Positions 60,601 through 64,000 of a stretch of DNA of 64,000 nt are shown one piece after another. The stretch's first letter is position 1. Every line of letters starts with the position of its first letter. The position numbers and the translations under genes are program-made. The DNA comes from Macrostomum hystrix. Taxonomy: Eukaryota; Animalia; Platyhelminthes. The stretch is taken from the NCBI GenBank assembly GCA_950097015.1, contig CATNEN010000038.1:33480001-33544000 (forward strand). The letters are read 5' to 3'. The notes under the pieces are model-generated. The model searched no databases. It was given only the letters and a program-made list of their open reading frames with translations, and was not told where the DNA came from.

Positions 60601-60816
60601 CGTGGACTCTGTAACCGACGTCAACTTTTCGGAGCCTATCAGCTCGTCTTTGGCTGAAAATTCGATGCCAGTCTGAGAACGCAACGGTGATTGGCGACGA
60701 CCGCGACGGCGCCCACCGCTGCTGGTGCAAAGTGGCGCTAGCTTAGGAAATGCGCAACGCTGCGCTAATCCTACTACTGATAGTAGCGTAATTTGAGAAT
60801 TCTGCAATAAAGGCAT
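57674..60816 (-). CDS. NGRN: Neugrin-like mitochondrial protein, 322 aa; exons 60816-60391, 59683-59318, 57850-57674
   Basis: Arg-rich presequence-like N-terminus; RRYLP..SVLLYCAERQAVLLNRTDPE|LWQPAALAEVFPLTADAARRLL resembles the neugrin/Rrg9 domain; phase-0 GT-AG introns. Confidence 0.7.
57885..59305. repeat. 30-bp intronic minisatellite (CCAATTTGAGGATCTGGGAGAGAAACGGTT)n, ~45 copies with degenerate ends
   Basis: Fills almost the whole intron 57851-59317. Confidence 0.97.
59800..60099 (+). mobile_element. SINE family 1 copy (antisense in neugrin intron 1)
   Basis: GTCCCTGAGTTCGATTCC B-box and conserved body. Confidence 0.85.
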
Positions 60817-63800
60817 CCTTAATTTTAGCAAGCGGAGGTCATTGATTTACAAGCAGGATAGACCTACAAAACTTTTGGATGATATTAGTGCTTGCTTAAT
60901 ATTAATTGCTTAACCTAAGTAGGGCAAAAAATATTAAACATAATCATTACATTAACATTAGTCTATTACCTTGCATACCATTTTGTTTCACTAGCCTTAT
61001 CATGCCAAACAAAACAATAATCTAGAGCTATGTCTCTAAAAATAAAAAAGTTATACAAAGAAATTTAATTAATATATAATTAATAACACAATTAGTTAAT
61101 TACACAATGGGGTGATAGCAATGGTAGCAAGGATGACAGTGTAAATAGACCTTGAAGTCAAACTAGTTTTCAGAAAGAACTAGAAAATTGTTTGTCTCTT
61201 TTGACGGGCACTGGCCACTGGGATTCTTTAATTAATTTCTGAAGTTTACTATTAGTATATATGTACAGATTTAGGTATAAGATAGTAGGGTAATGTATCA
61301 TCAACTGAACAGTGTATCTTCAAAACCGAACAAGAATTTTGACTTCTTCCTTGGTCTCATGCAAGACAGAAACAAGCTATTGTGTTTCACAGAACAACTA
61401 ATTTGAAAGTTGAAGAAATTATCTACAAGCTGAGGCATGATGTGCAATGAAACATTAAGAGGAAAGAAAGATATTGATGTTTCAGTAGAAATTTTTATTG
61501 CAAAAGCATATTTTTTAACAACATTTTTTCAGTATGTACTTTAGACATACATGGCTGAACCGGCTGGGTAAAACGAGTGCCAAGCAAGGTAAGTTGCAAA
61601 AACCAATCAACCAAGTGCAAAAAAATCAAAGGGGGGACCAAGGGACAAAAAAGGAAGGCGTGAAGAAAAGGAAAAAGGGGAGAGAAAAAGAGAGCAAATG
61701 AGAGCAAACTAAGTCGTAAATAGAGCAAAAACTAAGTCGCATGGCCAGCTAAGATTTGGGAGGTTGCGCATGTATGTACTTCAGACGAAGATTGTATGTG
61801 TTTGCTTGCCAATTAAATGACCATAAATGTAGTTATTTATAGAGCATGAAAAATGCTTTCAAATTACATAATTCATGATAGTTCACTCCTTAGGCCTAAA
61901 ATAAGATTAAACCACTCACTCAAATTGTAAAACCAAACATCAAATTCTCGGTTTGATTTGAAGATACATGAAAATCATTGTTCGGTTTTAGATAAAAAGC
62001 AGGAATAACTTTTTTCTATTTGATAAAATAGCAAAAGCAGATACTTTTTAGAAAGATGTAACTGTTTTCTATAACTTGGCTTTTGATTTATCATCATATC
62101 TTAAATAGAAAATCTGTAGTTAAAAAAATTAAAAGTTAAAAGGTTTGAAGTTAAAAAAATACACATTCTTGTTTGCTTGATGATACATTACCCTACATGT
62201 TTATTCTTTTGAGGTGGTTTACAAGCCTGAGTTCTTTATGATATTACCTTGAATTGAATTACCTTTATGATAAAATAAAGCATGCCCTGTGACAACACAA
62301 GTGTATTGTCATTGCTACATTTTTTATCTACTAAGTCTGAGGCCACAAGCTACCCTTGCTTGCATGTATTGAAAGTTACAATCAGTTCAAACTTATATTT
62401 TGCCACTATAAATGCTGTAGTGAATGATTTTAATTGTTTTAAGTTGTTTTAGTTGCTTTTATGGCTAACAAGTTTGGAGACATAATTAGCAGATTTGATG
62501 GTACCAGACAAAGAGACTAGAAACCATGCTCAACTGCTCAAAGACAGATATAAGAGTTAATTGTAAAATGGTTAGCTATATGTGTATACATTTTTGATGA
62601 CAGACTTGTGAAAGCAAAAAAAAAGATTTTTTTAATTAAAGCATTCAAAAGGGCCTACTAGGCCCCTAGTAAAAAATTTTTATGATGGCTCAATATCTAG
62701 AATGATTTATATTGACCCTAAAACAATTATGTAAAATCTGGTGCTTGTATAAAAAAGTACACAATTTTAATGCTTGAGTGTTCTTACCCCAATGCAGAAG
62801 AATCTAATTAAACAAAAATTAGGCCTAATTTACAAACCAACTTAGGGCCTAATAGGATTTTGGGTTATTGGGCCTTATGACCAATGTAATGCCATACCCA
62901 CTAGGCCTACCTACAGTTTCAGAGCTAAAAATCATGAATCTAGGGAAGATCGTGGTCCCCCTGAACTTCATTTTACCATGGCTATGCTGCTAGCTTACCT
63001 AGCTATTCGCCAATTGCACCAGAAAAGAAAGAAAATGCAACTAAGCACAGTATATATTATAAAAAACAGTAAACAGCATTGTCTGAATTTTGGGGAATAA
63101 ATATTAAGGCCCAAAAGGCCAAAGATAGGCTGAACCTTAATAAGAATTAAAAAAATGTAACGATAGGTTTAACTAATAATAAAGGCGCATGTGCCTAATT
63201 GCTGGTCTGGTGTATGCGACGCAAAAAGAAAGGCAGAATTGCTTTTTTCCGCAATTTCCACTAGAAATCTCTCCAGTGGATTTTTGCAGGACATTAGCGA
63301 AAACATGAGATAAGCCTCATGCAATTGTTGATCCTTAGTATTAGTAGTATTCAGGCCTACTATAATTCATTATTCACTAAAATCGGCTCGTGTTAATCAC
63401 GTTATGCAAGCGCGTACGCACATGCTTGCTACTGCTACTTCTCTGAAAAGTGATTAAATTAGCGCTTAAACTAAAAAAATTAAGTTCTGCAATAAAAATT
63501 GGTCTAGTAATATTTTATCACGTTTGAGTAGCTACGAGATAAAAGCTCGTAATTTCGAGCTCGTAATTAAAAGCTCGTAATTAGTAGCTCGTAATTTCGT
63601 TGTTCTACTGTTCCTATGTCTAATTAGTTCAGGGACAATTTCAAACATCGATCTGCGATACAATTTCAATGTGCAGTGGAACTAGAGTGCAATAAATCTC
63701 GTGAATGTCGTACTGGTCATTTCGGTAAAAAGGTTGACGTAGGCCTCTAGTTAGTTGTTAGTTCTCAGAATATAGTAGTTTACAAAGTGTCCAAACTAGT

Positions 63801-64000
63801 CCAAATCAATTTGTCTAAGTCATTGACTTAAGTTATGAATATCTTATCAATTAGCCTAATCATAGGGTCAGGTCTATTCATTAGCTGTACACTTAAAAAT
63901 CTCTAGAACAGACGTAAGGAAATCTATGTAAATAAAAAATATATATATTTGTTCTCGGTACCTGAACACTTCGTCATCTTACAACTTCGTCATCCAGATG

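Noticed and set aside
60900-64000. Possible small exons and a 14-bp AGCTCGTAAT repeat at 63541-63600
   Set aside because: No consistent reading frame; repeat too short to interpret

Overview
Eukaryotic (metazoan) genomic DNA with GT-AG introns, polyQ tracts, tRNA-derived SINEs and many minisatellites. The overall style suggests an invertebrate such as a free-living flatworm (inference only). Recognisable spliced genes are a YTHDF m6A reader, TRAPPC12, a C2H2 zinc-finger exon, an AKAP7-like 2H phosphoesterase, a plakin/SH3-like gene, a Ly6/quiver-type gene and two tandem neugrin-like genes. Mobile elements are a deleted mariner, a long-TIR IS630/Tc1 element, a Crypton fragment, an RNase H LINE with a 12-bp TSD and about 10 SINE copies. 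The main finding is a cluster of seven intronless secreted-protein genes in both orientations. They share a near-identical ~500-bp GC-rich central core but carry divergent N- and C-terminal modules in all four reciprocal combinations, and the core itself is a mosaic of SNPs. This looks like a recombination or gene-conversion driven module-shuffling system, although misassembly must be excluded with long reads.
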